Shown here: positions 24,130-36,492 of the stretch, in pieces | Layout: every line of letters begins with the position of its first letter | How positions within the stretch are numbered: position 1 is the stretch's first letter | Assembly (NCBI GenBank): GCA_024137785.1 | Contig: JAHRHZ010000126.1 | Span: 274,719 to 338,718 of the forward strand | Direction: 5' to 3' | Origin: Ginglymostoma cirratum | Taxonomy: Eukaryota | DNA length: 64,000 nucleotides | Translations under genes and position numbers: made by a program | Notes under the pieces: generated by a model | The model's input: only the letters and a program-made list of their open reading frames with translations | What the model was told of the DNA's origin: nothing | Databases searched by the model: none

Positions 24130-24715
24130 CTGTGTCATGGATATTGTCAGTTTCCTCCACCTCAAAGTCCTCGTCCTCGTCCTCATCCTCTTCCTCGGAA
24201 GACCTGCTCCAATTCCCCCAGTTCCTCAACATCCAGGCCATCACCTCCATGTGCGGAGCACTGTCGGCCAGAATGATGCAGCATGCTCTATGTCTGGTCT
24301 ATACTGGAGGGCCTCCCTAGCCCAATCCAAACAATAGACCATATCTTCAGTAGCCCTTTCATCTGCCCCATCACAGCCCTGGTCAAAGCATAGGCAACTA
24401 GTATCTGTGCTCCATATCAGTCAGGGAGGTTGTACAATGGTTTCATGAGCTATATTGTAGTGGGTAGCCCTTGCCCCTAGTAACCAGGCTTGTAAAGTCC
24501 CCGGACTCTCAAATGCACTCTAGGATATAGGAGTTGTGGCAGCTGCCAAGTTAGTGGGCACACACCTCCAAGAAGTGGCAACGGTGATCATAGATCACCT
24601 GAACATTAATGGAATGGAATCCTTTCGTGTTGATGAATTCCTCAGCGTTTTGATACCACCCTCTCAGTACCCAACATGTGTACAACGTGTATACACCTGG
24701 GGGAAGCTAGATTAT
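24130..24715 (-). pseudogene. PIF/Harbinger DDE transposase remnant
   Basis: Minus translation: FPQV..CTHV, NAEEFINTKGFHSINVQVIYDHRCHFLEVCAH*LGSCHNSYIL, GKGYPL, CLDWAREALQYRP, acidic tail EEEDEDEDED. Confidence 0.85.
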
Positions 24716-27700
24716 TTCCAAATTCTACTGCCCAGTCTGTAAAAAAGAAACAAAAAGGTGTGACCAATAAAAGTCTAACCAAGAGGAAGCTCCATCCTGT
24801 CTGAGTCGTTCAATGATCTTGATCCTGATGGAACTGCCCACAGACAGAGACAATCATTCTTTTTCAAAATCCTAATGTCACTAAGCCTACTCCACTCATT
24901 TGTGGTTGAACACACAATTTGAGATCAGCTCAATGACCTTTTCCACCACTTTAAACAAGAACAGAGAGAACTATGAGGTTGCTGGAGAGGCTGAACTGAT
25001 GTTCTCCAGAGTTCAGGATGGGAGGTGGTGAAAATACTTGCTGCTAATTATTCTCAGTAAACAATGTCTGGAGAATACTTTCAGTTAATTATATTAGAAA
25101 AGGGGAATATACTTTTGGGAGGGATGGTATTTAAAGGAAGATATAGATGAGCCTCTGATGAGTGTTATGATGTAACAGTCTGTAGTCAAGCAAGGGACAC
25201 TGCTAGGAATATGAATTTAGAGGAGCTTAGGATGGAGATTTCTACCACAGAATCTTCAAGCATATAGTGTAAATAAGTACTGTTTGAAATAGATACCTGG
25301 TCTGACCTTAAGTGAATAGACAAATCCATTTTAAAACACAATTCAGTAGGCTACAATTAGTTTCCTGACATGTCATCAATTTCAGCCCTCCTAACTAGGC
25401 AACCACACTCAAACCTTATCAGGTCAAAAAAACCCCAGTGACAGTATTATCTGCTGACTTCAGCAACGGGCACGCAAACAAAATCAAATTAAACAACAGA
25501 TCACATATGACACACTAACAGCTGGGTAAAAATCAAGATAATCACTTTCATGTTTTAATTTGTCCTGGATTGGGAAAATTACCTACGGGAATAAAACTCA
25601 CGGACCAAGAAAAAGTTAGAGGAGAACTGAGTCACCAATAAAAAGGAGGCAAGTGCTCAGGTTATACAGAGAAATTAAGCCAATTTATCCTGCCAGCACC
25701 TTCTGACAGAAGCTCATCTGGGAGCATTTCAGTTAATTACTACTTCGCTGAACCAACAGTCCATCCTAGCATCAGTTCCCGACCTTGCACCAACACTGAA
25801 GTACACTCAACCCAAATACCCAACATGCCTTTCAGTTTAAAAAACATCTTGTAGTTAAAAAAGAAACTCATTAAATAACACTGCACGTCAAGAAATCTAC
25901 AAAACAAACCTATCAAAAATGAATGTGAACATATCAATTCATTAATGAAAGTACTAGTGCAAGCCTCTGGTGTTTGGTTTCATTCTGATCCTCTACATGT
26001 TCTGGTGATTCTATAAAGTGCAATCTCCATGCCTCCATCATGGAAGGAGAAAGCTGTTGTGTCTCCAACATTTTTAAAATGTACTACCCCTTTGTAGAGT
26101 CTATCCAATACAATGGGCTTCCCCTATTTAAAATGGCTCTCCATTCGCCCTCTTAGCTGTTAATGGGATTTCCCATTGAAAACAAGGAAGAAAGTAATAA
26201 TATTGGAAACTACAATTTTAATAAATTAAACTGAGCATACACATCAAATAAAGGAAGAACAAAAATGAATTAAATAGGAACGAAATCAGCAGCAGATCCA
26301 GTTTTAAATATTTTTCTAATCAATGAGTAATAATATCCAACTCTGGAGCAGGTGGGACTTGAACCTGGGCATTCTAGTTCAGTGGTAGGAATACTACAAT
26401 TGGACCAAAACAGCCCCCCCAGATACAGTCATAACACTTTAAATGGCTGCAAATGACCATCTAACTGGATTGCTCCAAATGGCGCTTGTGATCTAAATCT
26501 TTCACTTGTCTATAATTGAGACTGTTGCAGCTCCAGTGTGCTGAGGAATTGTCTCGGGGAAGAGTTCTTATCATCAATTTTAAAAGAAATACAATTACAC
26601 TATTTGATTTTCCTTGTTTTGCCCTGTTTGTTGACCCTTAGATCTGTTGGAAATCTCTCCAGGGATACTTTTACCTTTTCTATTTCTTGTTATGATTGGA
26701 GTCGACATCCTCTGGAGGATTACGCAACTAACTATATCAAACACTACTTTATCACAAAAATCTAATAAAGAGTCAAACCTAAAACATTTAAGCGATGGGT
26801 TTGCACATTTACACTCAGTGTAAGATGATCACAATGCAGCAAAAGGTCTTCACAATCTCTATTCGCTTTTCTCCTTTTCTACTTTTTCTTTTGGTCAAAG
26901 CCACAAGCATTTTATCAAATACAAATATCAATATACATTATCACTGGAGAAGAGTACAACAAATTTATAGGCCAATTCTATAGCCTATCAATTCTTGAAA
27001 AGGTCATAGAGGCCTCACGTATTTATTGATTATTTTACATGCACAAAAACAAAGTTAGAGCTGCAATAAAAATCACAACTGATATGGTCCTTGATCATAG
27101 TGCATTAGTCCAAAAAGTCCCTTTCTCTCTTTTTGCAGTCTTTGACACAATGCGTCAGGCCAGCTTTGTACCTCTGTCCACCAGATCAGGCAAGCCGGAA
27201 TCCATTTGGTTTCACTCTGACCTCTCCATACCATCACATCTGAAGATGCTCAATGATCGATCCTTCACAGCACCTACCCCTTCTCTGCCTTAACCATATG
27301 TTTGGTGGCTTCAATCAAAAACAGAAGACTCAGGTTTCATATTTATGCTGATGGACCTCAATCAGCTTTCCCATCTCATCCTCTCCCTTTGTATTGTCAT
27401 ACTGCTTGTACATTGCCTGCTTTAGGATGAACAATAATTTCCTGCAGAACAACATTGTGAAGATCAAAGTCGGCATTTTTTAAACCCCAACCACAATAAC
27501 ATAACATTAAAATAACATAAGATCTAAATTGCAATGCGCCCTTTCAATAAATTTGCTGAGCTCCACATCAAAGTGGGTAGAAATGAAGCATTAACTGCAT
27601 ATGTCAGGAAGCTTGAATTGGGAATAGTCTTGTGACGGTTGGAAGAGTATTCAGCTCCCAAGGTCATTGTAGTTTCACAACCTTTTTATGAGGAACACGA

Positions 27701-29699
27701 TCACTTAAGAATAAATATGACTGATTACAGTCACATTAATTTTCGTGGATTACAAAAGCCAAATAAATCCATTGGAAAAACGTAGAGTTCCTCTTTAACA
27801 AATCAATAAAAATCATGTTAAACATTAAAAGATGCAGCTTAGCATTGACTGGGGTAAAACTTATATTAGGCATTGTTTTATGTCAAAACTTAAATGATAA
27901 GTACATTTAAAATGATAATTATTCTAAAACAAAAGGTAAGTGCTGAAAATTTCCTGGCACAGCTTAACAAAAGATTTAGGAATTCTTTTACTACAGTTGG
28001 TTTTTTTTCCTATTCATTTGTGAGTTGTAGGCGTCGTTGCTGGCCAGTTTTTCTTGCCCGTCCCTAGTTGCCCTTGGTAGTTGGTACTGATGTTCAGGGA
28101 ACTGGACACTATACCAGCACACTGGCAACCCATAAACAGAAAAGGCAATATCAAGTGGCATAGGTTGTCATTTCTAGAAACATGATGGCTTGGCCCCACC
28201 TTACTCGATTTTTCTTTGAATAAAAAGGTTGGTCTAATCTTTAATATTCCACTATTTAACAAAAACTACCTGCATTCATATAAGGACGAACTTGCTTTTT
28301 TTCTGGTGGCCTTCATGACTTTTGGCTGCCTTAAAAGGTGTCTGGGGCTCCTTGCATCAGTATGAAACTACCTCTTTCTCACTTGGAGCATCAGGCTCTG
28401 ATGTTACTGCAAGCTGTGGCTGCAGAAAGTCCTCATATTGAAGTCCTTCGTCGCAGCCCTAACCCCCCTGACTAAGTAAGTAGTGGAAGGAAGTAGTGGA
28501 AGATCTTTCCCAGATCCCAAACAAATTTCACTCCAAAACTGAGTGGATCCTGATCAATATGAGTCCCATTTCTTTGGGCTCTAGTTGGAGAAATGCAGGA
28601 GTCTCTTAGACAGCCACAAACGTTAGCAAAAGCAAATCTATATATGTGGAATACCTCATAGGATTTATTGCTAGCTAAATATACACAATACACATGTATT
28701 CATTCACACTTTCAAAATAATTGTTACATTTACAATACTGTAATAAAAAGGACTAATCCTGATCAGAAAATCTAACATAGTCACAGATACCTATGCATCA
28801 AAATCACCTTTGTTAGCTCCTGTCCTAAACTTTAATGTTTAAAATTCCAGTAATCCTTTGCAGTACAGATGGAATAAGCAGAAAGTCTTAGCCTCAAATT
28901 TGAACGCTATTTTTAGCACTCCTACAAATCATATTTTGTCAGAATAGCATATACAAATGTATGACACAAACATGTTATTATCTAAAACAGGGCACATATT
29001 GTTTCTAATCTCTCGAAAACTACTTTGCATGCTTAGGCGAATTAATATTCATCAAGACTATTTATTTCCAAAGTGCAAGTTTAATTATGTGTCACTGATT
29101 AAGAGTAGAATCTGATGCAACTTGAGATTTCACCGTTTAGTGAAGGATGATGCATTGGCAAAATATGGCATACTGGATCCCAGAGAAATCAGTTGCCCAA
29201 TGAGCTTCTGATCTGTGCTTTTCCCAATGGAAGAAGACTGACATAGATGCCACCTTGTGCTGTCCTTGAATAACCGGTAGTGGCTGACTACAGAAGGGCT
29301 CAGTGCAGACTGCCACTAACAGGATTTTCAAAAAAAGTAAAGCATGGAGACCTAAGTGAGACAATAATAGGGAATAGGTATCAATCTCCTACTATATGTT
29401 TCAATTTTTGGTGATTAGGATTTGGAGACCTGTATAACAGGCATTTCACACTATTGCCCAAAGTCAAAATGCTTGTCAAAGTCAAAATGTTGTTCAAGCA
29501 TGTGAAAAGATTTGAGACGATAAATAACTGGTTGGCACGACAGTAACAAGAGAACATAAATTTGGGATCAACAAGAGATGCATAAAGACAGAGGCTGGAA
29601 GGGATTTCCTTTTCATTTAAATGTTATTGAAATATTTATTACAATTGGCTGTTACAGCTGGGGTGTCACAAAATTTAAGATAGAGTTCAAAAATATTTT

Positions 29700-30270
29700 G
29701 AGAAACAAAATAGTAAAGTGGAACAGCAAGGAGGTTATGTTGAACTTATATAAGAAACTAGTTCAACCTCAGCTGGACTATTGCATATATTTCTGGCAAC
29801 GCACAAAGGAAACACGTGAAAGTGTTGGACAGAATGCAGAAGAGATGAACATGAGTTGTTTTAGGAGGAGGAATTTCAGTTAAGGAAATAAAGAAACTGG
29901 AAGAGTTTTTCTTGGAGGACAGAAAACAGAGGAGATTTGATTGAAATATTGAAATCATGAGAGGGATGGACAAAGCACACCAGGAAAAAAATTCCCAGCT
30001 ATTAAAGGAGGATAACAGGCCATAGATTTAAAGTAGTGAGTGAAGGAAGCAGAAGATTATGAGAAAACATGTTTCCACACAACAAGTAGCTAGGGTCAGC
30101 AATGCACTTTGTGTTTGGCGGCAGTCAAGACATTCAAAGGGAACTTAGATGGTCATTTGAAAATGAACAGCGGGTCTGGTTATGGAAAAAGGCACCAAAA
30201 AGACACTAATTGTGATGTTTATTTACAGACTTGTAAATAGGCTGTTTCTGCGCTGCAACTTCTGTGACTT
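29700..30270 (+). mobile_element. Old CR1 3' fragment
   Basis: SKEVMLNLYKKLVQPQLDYCIYFW in ORF 29578-29883. Confidence 0.8.
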
Positions 30271-33200
30271 GGGAAAAGATAAGTAATTTGATATTGTCTT
30301 TGGCATAATGGGTAGAATAGTTTCTTTAAGTCATCAGTGGCTGTAAACACATCGTAAACAGGTTCTGGAGCCTTAGTCAGGTCAGGACTGGCCACGATCC
30401 TGGTAAAAAGTAGTGAACATGGATGAACTACTTATATTTTGCACAGAGGCACGGTTGAGCTGTACTTCACTAAAACCCCTTTCCATCAGATCAAACATTA
30501 TCTGATATCACGAATGATGCAATCCAACTATTAGCATATAGCTATTCATCCCATATGCTCCATAGGACAACTGATTCTCAAATATTATTAAGTAATCTGC
30601 ATGACATAAGACTCTGAACATTGGGAGTGCTGCAAATTGTACTTAAAGGTGGTACATATAATAACGTAATTTTGCAATCGCACAGATCACGGTTTCGTGA
30701 TGGAGGAGTCACCTTTAGCACATTTACTGGTTACGTCATATGATACTAATGAATGGGATACATCATTAGTGACGCTTGTTGACACAGGGACAGAGTGAGA
30801 ACCGAAGGGTACAGCTCAGGTGTCTGCAGTGGTGTCCACTTACATTCCAGCCTGCTCAAGATTCTGCTTTCCTACCAAAGGAATGTGAACTAGGAACACC
30901 CCATTCTTCTACAAGATAGGCTGAGGAAAGTTTCAAAAAAACAGACTTGGGGATTGAGGAAGTGAGATTGAGAGCAAGGTAAGTAGTTACTTGCGGATGC
31001 GTCAATGTAGGTAATTAAATGTTGTTCATGACGAAAGACAAAATGATTTAATAGGGATAAAAGAAAAGACTTTACAGAAGGTGTATGATCACAGTTCAGT
31101 TCCATTGTGCTCATAAACTGGTCATATCAGTGATGACTGCTGACATCAGGACAAAAACTTGGTTTTAGGACTGAGCCAGTGTGCTTCTAGTAATGCTCTC
31201 ACCTACCCATTCATGTATATCGCACATTTAGTTAATAAAAGGTTCTTGTTCACGGCTATGAAGGCAAAATCATCTCTTTCTACATAAACTCAATACAATC
31301 GCATAACTTTGAAAATTTGTAAGAACAGTTAATGATAACAATACGGCCCGCAGTATATTCAAAAACAGCTGATGCAAAACATTTGTATCAGAAACTGAAA
31401 TAGGAAGACAGATGAACGGCTGAATGAAGAAAATGAAGACCGAAAAACTAAATTTATACAATTGTATCACTTCCATTTGCCATGGATATAATTCAGCCTG
31501 AAAGAATCACACCAGCTAGTGTTGTTTTTCAAACGTGAACTTTTAAAACATAATTTTGTTCAATAATTGCTAAACAACATAGAATCATAGATTTCAACGA
31601 TAGCTTCTCAATTCACTAGACTGTTCCATGTATACTTTTACTGCTAGGAAAATATCCATTTTATTAAATGTCACTTTATTAACAAAATTGCTGATTAATA
31701 GTGGTCCAATATATAAAATTTTACTTTTATTGCACAAGAATCTACATCTTTCACAGCTGTTTTTGATATTTCTTTCCACCATTTTGTTAATTTCAAATTA
31801 ATGTCATGAATTAATAGGGATTGAAGAGCTTAAATTTTGATTTAATTATACAGATTTACAACATTTTCACCAATGCATAGTGAACACGTCCATGCTTCAT
31901 TCTTTCTGTACTGTTGACTCCGAATGAATCTATGATATTGCTTTTTTTAAATGTAGGATTTATTCAATGTTGTTGTTTAATTTGTTGTTTGGCACTCTGG
32001 ATTACGAAAGATAAGTAGCATCTATTAAGTCTTAAGCGAATTATAAATCACAACCACTGTCTCTCACTAATATCGACATTTAGGTAGCTCTTGGCTGCCA
32101 AAGGCAGAACGCAGATCAAAACATTTCACGGTGTTGCCATCTCCCCTTTGGTTTCCAAGCTAACCCTGACAGTGCAAACCGTGCCTGCTCATTAACGAAA
32201 GGTCAATTGTCGGTTTTAGCATTTCCACCAAGTTTTCCATCATTTACACTCCTAAAATACTGAATGTTGGAGCTGCTGATAGTTCCCAACGCTCATTTTG
32301 AAATCACCAGATAAGGCCACCATGTGAAAACTACTCTGTGGCATTGTTTATACGGCACTGACATTCACAGAACCATTACAGGACAGAAAAGGGCATTTTT
32401 TAAAAAAAATACAAAAATGAACAATTTGATTAGATAATCACCGGTCCTCAGTTTTCTCCTGCTGTACCAACTCCCAAAGGCCCAACATACCATGGTTTGG
32501 ATTTTGCAGTGGGCTTAGGAAAATCTGCCCCCGAGCACCTTTACACCTTCCAAGACGCAAACCTGACTCAAATGCAACTTTGCCCAACATTTTTGTCCTT
32601 TCGCAAAGAGATCAGGCTTTCAATACACACTACATTCCTCATGGACTCCGTCATGGCTTGCAATGTGGAGGCTGGCCAGTTAGAAGACTCACCTTTAACA
32701 GAGCAGCCCAACTCCTAACCTCATCTAAAGACTCCAACAGCTAACCACTCCCAACCTCAAACCCATAATGCTCCATGCCATTTAAGATCACTCATGCAAT
32801 CTCCATATTCCCCCCCACCCCACCCTACATTATGTTTTCGGCACACTAATGAACAGCGCATCATTTTGCATCAAGAAAGGATGTTGCAGGTAATAAAGTC
32901 ACTGATGGTGAGATGTACTCAAATCGTGATGTTACACATATGATGAAACACACCACGAGATTCAGGATTACCATTTTCACCAAGAGATTATGTTCAGAAG
33001 GCAAATCAGGACAATTCCTCTGAGCCATGATCTGATCAGGCCGCTGTCAGCCAAAGGAAAAAAAAACACATTTAAAAAAAAGGTTACAGGAAACAAAATC
33101 CACACACGACAAAGAGATATGGAATTGCCTCTTGTGGATGGTGCGTAAAGGGTCAAGGAGATACAGCCTCAAAACTGGACACAGATCCCTGCAGAGGTAT

Positions 33201-33747
33201 CAAATATCTGTAATGTGCCACAGTCACATGATGACCAGCCTGAATGGAGAGATGTTGAGGCAGAATTGATGACTATTGAGATAATTATCTAACAGCATCA
33301 TTCCTAGCACTTGTGCAGAGCTGAGAATAAGTGGTCTTTCAAGTCTGGAGAGTATAGTTTAGAAAGATGGTAGTGCGAGTTAATTGTTAGTCCATACTTA
33401 TGAATCGTGAGAACAAAGGGAGACATCTTCAGAGGAAGTTCCACTGTCACCAGATCTGACCAAGTCAGTACAGCAAATGTACATTTCAGAGACACTTGAA
33501 TAATTAAAATGAGTGTCAATATATGTGCAAGCACTTTTCAAAGTTACCCAATTCCATGAAATATGGAGCATATAACGTGTGTAATTCTATTTAAGGGGAT
33601 CTTGTAATAATTGCAACTTGTTTACCAGACAGATTAACATAGTTCTGAATATGTAAACAGTTTCAAACACATCACCACAGGAAGTGATGCACGGTAACAT
33701 TCACCATAATCCCAGTTGGAGCATTATCAAACAGCAAATAACATATG

Positions 33748-34440
33748 GGGCTGAATTTTATTGATGCCTATGGTCTATTAATAGGACTGGGGGTGGGGGA
33801 GCATGTACAACAAAGCAGCTGTCATTCTGTTGTCTTCTCTTCAACTACTGGATCTTTTCCAGAATACGGCTAAAGACAGGATGCCTTTTATTTGACCTAT
33901 TGAGGCATTAAGTGGATCTTATTGCAATATAATGGCCTCATTCTGCCTCTGCTGCAAATTATTGGTCCATTGGGAAAGACAGCTGTGAGCTGAATAGCCC
34001 AACAGCTTAAACTATGCAGGCTACTGTTGGATATGAAGGTGACATAGCCATAGATTTGGGAGGGGGGGCGGTGAGTCATCTCCTGAACAGAATTCAATAT
34101 GGTATCCACCTTTTATTACATATCTCTCTTGGAATCTCTAAAATGACTCCCACCTCACTGTGCTCTCAGCTGTACCACCCAAAACCTCTGGAATTATCTC
34201 AAATTCAATATCCATCATGACCTTTTTTTGGTGTGGCCTGGTTGTAGTCACAACAGTGGCTACCATTTTCTTTTAGCATAGCTGGGACTATCAGCTGTCA
34301 ATCAAGCAAACTGACTGGTAGCTAGGGCAGGACCTGCTTCCAATTGGGACCATAGGCTTTAAACAGCTTTCAGCAGCACAAAATTTCTGCATTATTCTTT
34401 TAGTAGCCGTGCTTCCATATAAACGCTTCAAAATTGGACC
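33748..34440. mobile_element. Possible non-autonomous Harbinger-type element
   Basis: Imperfect terminal inverted repeats GGGCTGAATTTT (33748) and AAAATTGGACC (34430-34440); no ORF. Confidence 0.35.
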
Positions 34441-34925
34441 TCACTTCTGTACACTATGTCTGGAATAAAATGATACCTATATTCTATTTTCAATAGAATT
34501 GCTCGTTATACAGCTGCCTGTAATGAAGGTATATCACGGCATAGGTCATCTGACCAGAGTAGGCCAACAAAGGCATTTCTACCATATAAAATTTCCAAAC
34601 ACACAGAATGGAGACCTTGATGTATGCCATTACTTAGGTTGTAGGACTCTATGCCAACAGCAGCACCATTGCAAACTCACTTACATTTCAACAACACCAC
34701 TTTAAGCAGAGTCCATGCTAGTAGCACTCCGTGTTTAAAAATGGTGTAAGGTTGATTCAAACTAAGTTGATCGCACTTAATCCACAGTTAGAACTAAAAC
34801 ATTATATCTATCATCTTCCGCGTAGAAATCATTAAGGAAAATAATTACTTGTCACTCGCCAAGATTGCAGCAAAAATTAATCAAAAGAAGATAATTAGTA
34901 AGTGCTATAAATGTTGAGGACTCAC

Positions 34926-35013
34926 CCTTAGATGTGTATTATTCTGCATCTTTTAAAAATCGTCCAAAATGAAATCTAACTTTTAAAAGCCCAGCCGGTA
35001 AGTAACCTATGTG
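34926..35013 (-). other. Candidate 88-nt exon of an unidentified transcript
   Basis: Acceptor TTCTAATTTTTTATTTTGCCCTCACAG with branch-like CTAAT; donor AGG|GTGAGT; unique sequence. Confidence 0.4.
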
Positions 35014-36492
35014 CTGTGAGGGCAAAATAAAAAATTAGAAACAGGATACTCTATCTACTTTTGCACACAGAACACAGATCACCTGCAGGGCTTTGGAGAA
35101 TTATTTCTTTTTTAAGAATGCACCACTAAAATAAAGAATAACAGTAAATAAGACAAAGCCTTTTCATCACAGTAATCACCTCTAGAATTACAATCCTTAG
35201 CAAATAGCGTGAGGTTGCTACCTGAAGTTATAAACACTGGTATAATTGATTTAAAAATTACAATCCATATCTAAGAAAACAACAGAGGATTTTACTCTTT
35301 GAAATGTGGTGGTACAAAGGCACTGCTTCAGAGAACGCTGAAAATTATATTTCAGCCTTTGAAATCCATTGGCGACCTGATGTTTTGCTGGATCTCAAAT
35401 TAAGCAGCTGTATTTTGTGTTAAAAGATAAGGAATAAATGTTGTATCGTTTAGCAGTAACGTAGTGGATCTAGCTTGACTTCAATATATACAGATAGTGT
35501 CCAAGTAACCTTGACCAAAGATGGTCAGCTATGTAGTACCCTGGACACTAACTACTTTGGTGAGAGTTCAAGGAAATATAATCTTCAACTGCTCATGGCT
35601 AAGTGAAGACTAAACTGCTGAAGTGTGAAGCTAAAGCAAGGCTGTGTTTAAGTCATTATTAATTTATTGAGACAAGAACTGGAACCGTGAGAAAAAAAAA
35701 TTGCTGTTATATATTCGAACTTTAGGTTGTGGGTGATACTATCAAGGCCAGATTTGTTGCTCCCTACTAACTGAGCTCGGAGATGAAAAGATTTTGTTTC
35801 CTCTAATTGCTGAAGTCATTGCAGTGATGGTATTCTCACAATGCTAGCAGGTACGATATGGTTAAAAACAGTCACATGCCAAACAAGTGCTATGACTGCA
35901 CATATGGAACTACTGCCAAAAACAGCATTAGTTTCATTTCCAGTATTATAGTTGTTGCTCTGACCTGCATCCAAAGAAGTCCTTTTGCTCACCGTCTCTT
36001 ATTACAGCACTATTGTCACTGCTTGTGTATAAATATTTATTAACATGGCATAAACAAATTTATTTACTGCTTACCTTTTCTCATTGGCAGAGAGCTAATT
36101 AAGAGGTTGGCCAAATACATGTGATAAAAATCGTGAAGGAGAACAGAACAGCAGAGAAGATGCCAACACTCAAAAATTATTAGCATTAAAAACGAAGAAA
36201 TTTGCAGTCGGGAATTCAGATGGGAGTCATTTCATACAAAAGGAGAATCAATGGACTAAAGAGGACACCCAAGGAGGTCCACGAGCATAACCAGTACTAA
36301 TTGATTACAAGCTTCATCCCCTTTAACATGGGATTGGTAGAACAAGATCCAGCACGTATACTGCACGTACAATCTCCTGCTGTCTCTCTGCGACTGGGTC
36401 TGTATTCATCAGAATAATGAGCAATGTCAAAGCTTCATGACACTTCTTCCATGGTTCTCCTCGTCAGAGTGTTTCATGTCCGACTGAGTAAG

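Noticed and set aside
24130-24715. Host HARBI1 gene
   Set aside because: Stops and frameshifts indicate a decayed transposon copy, not the domesticated gene
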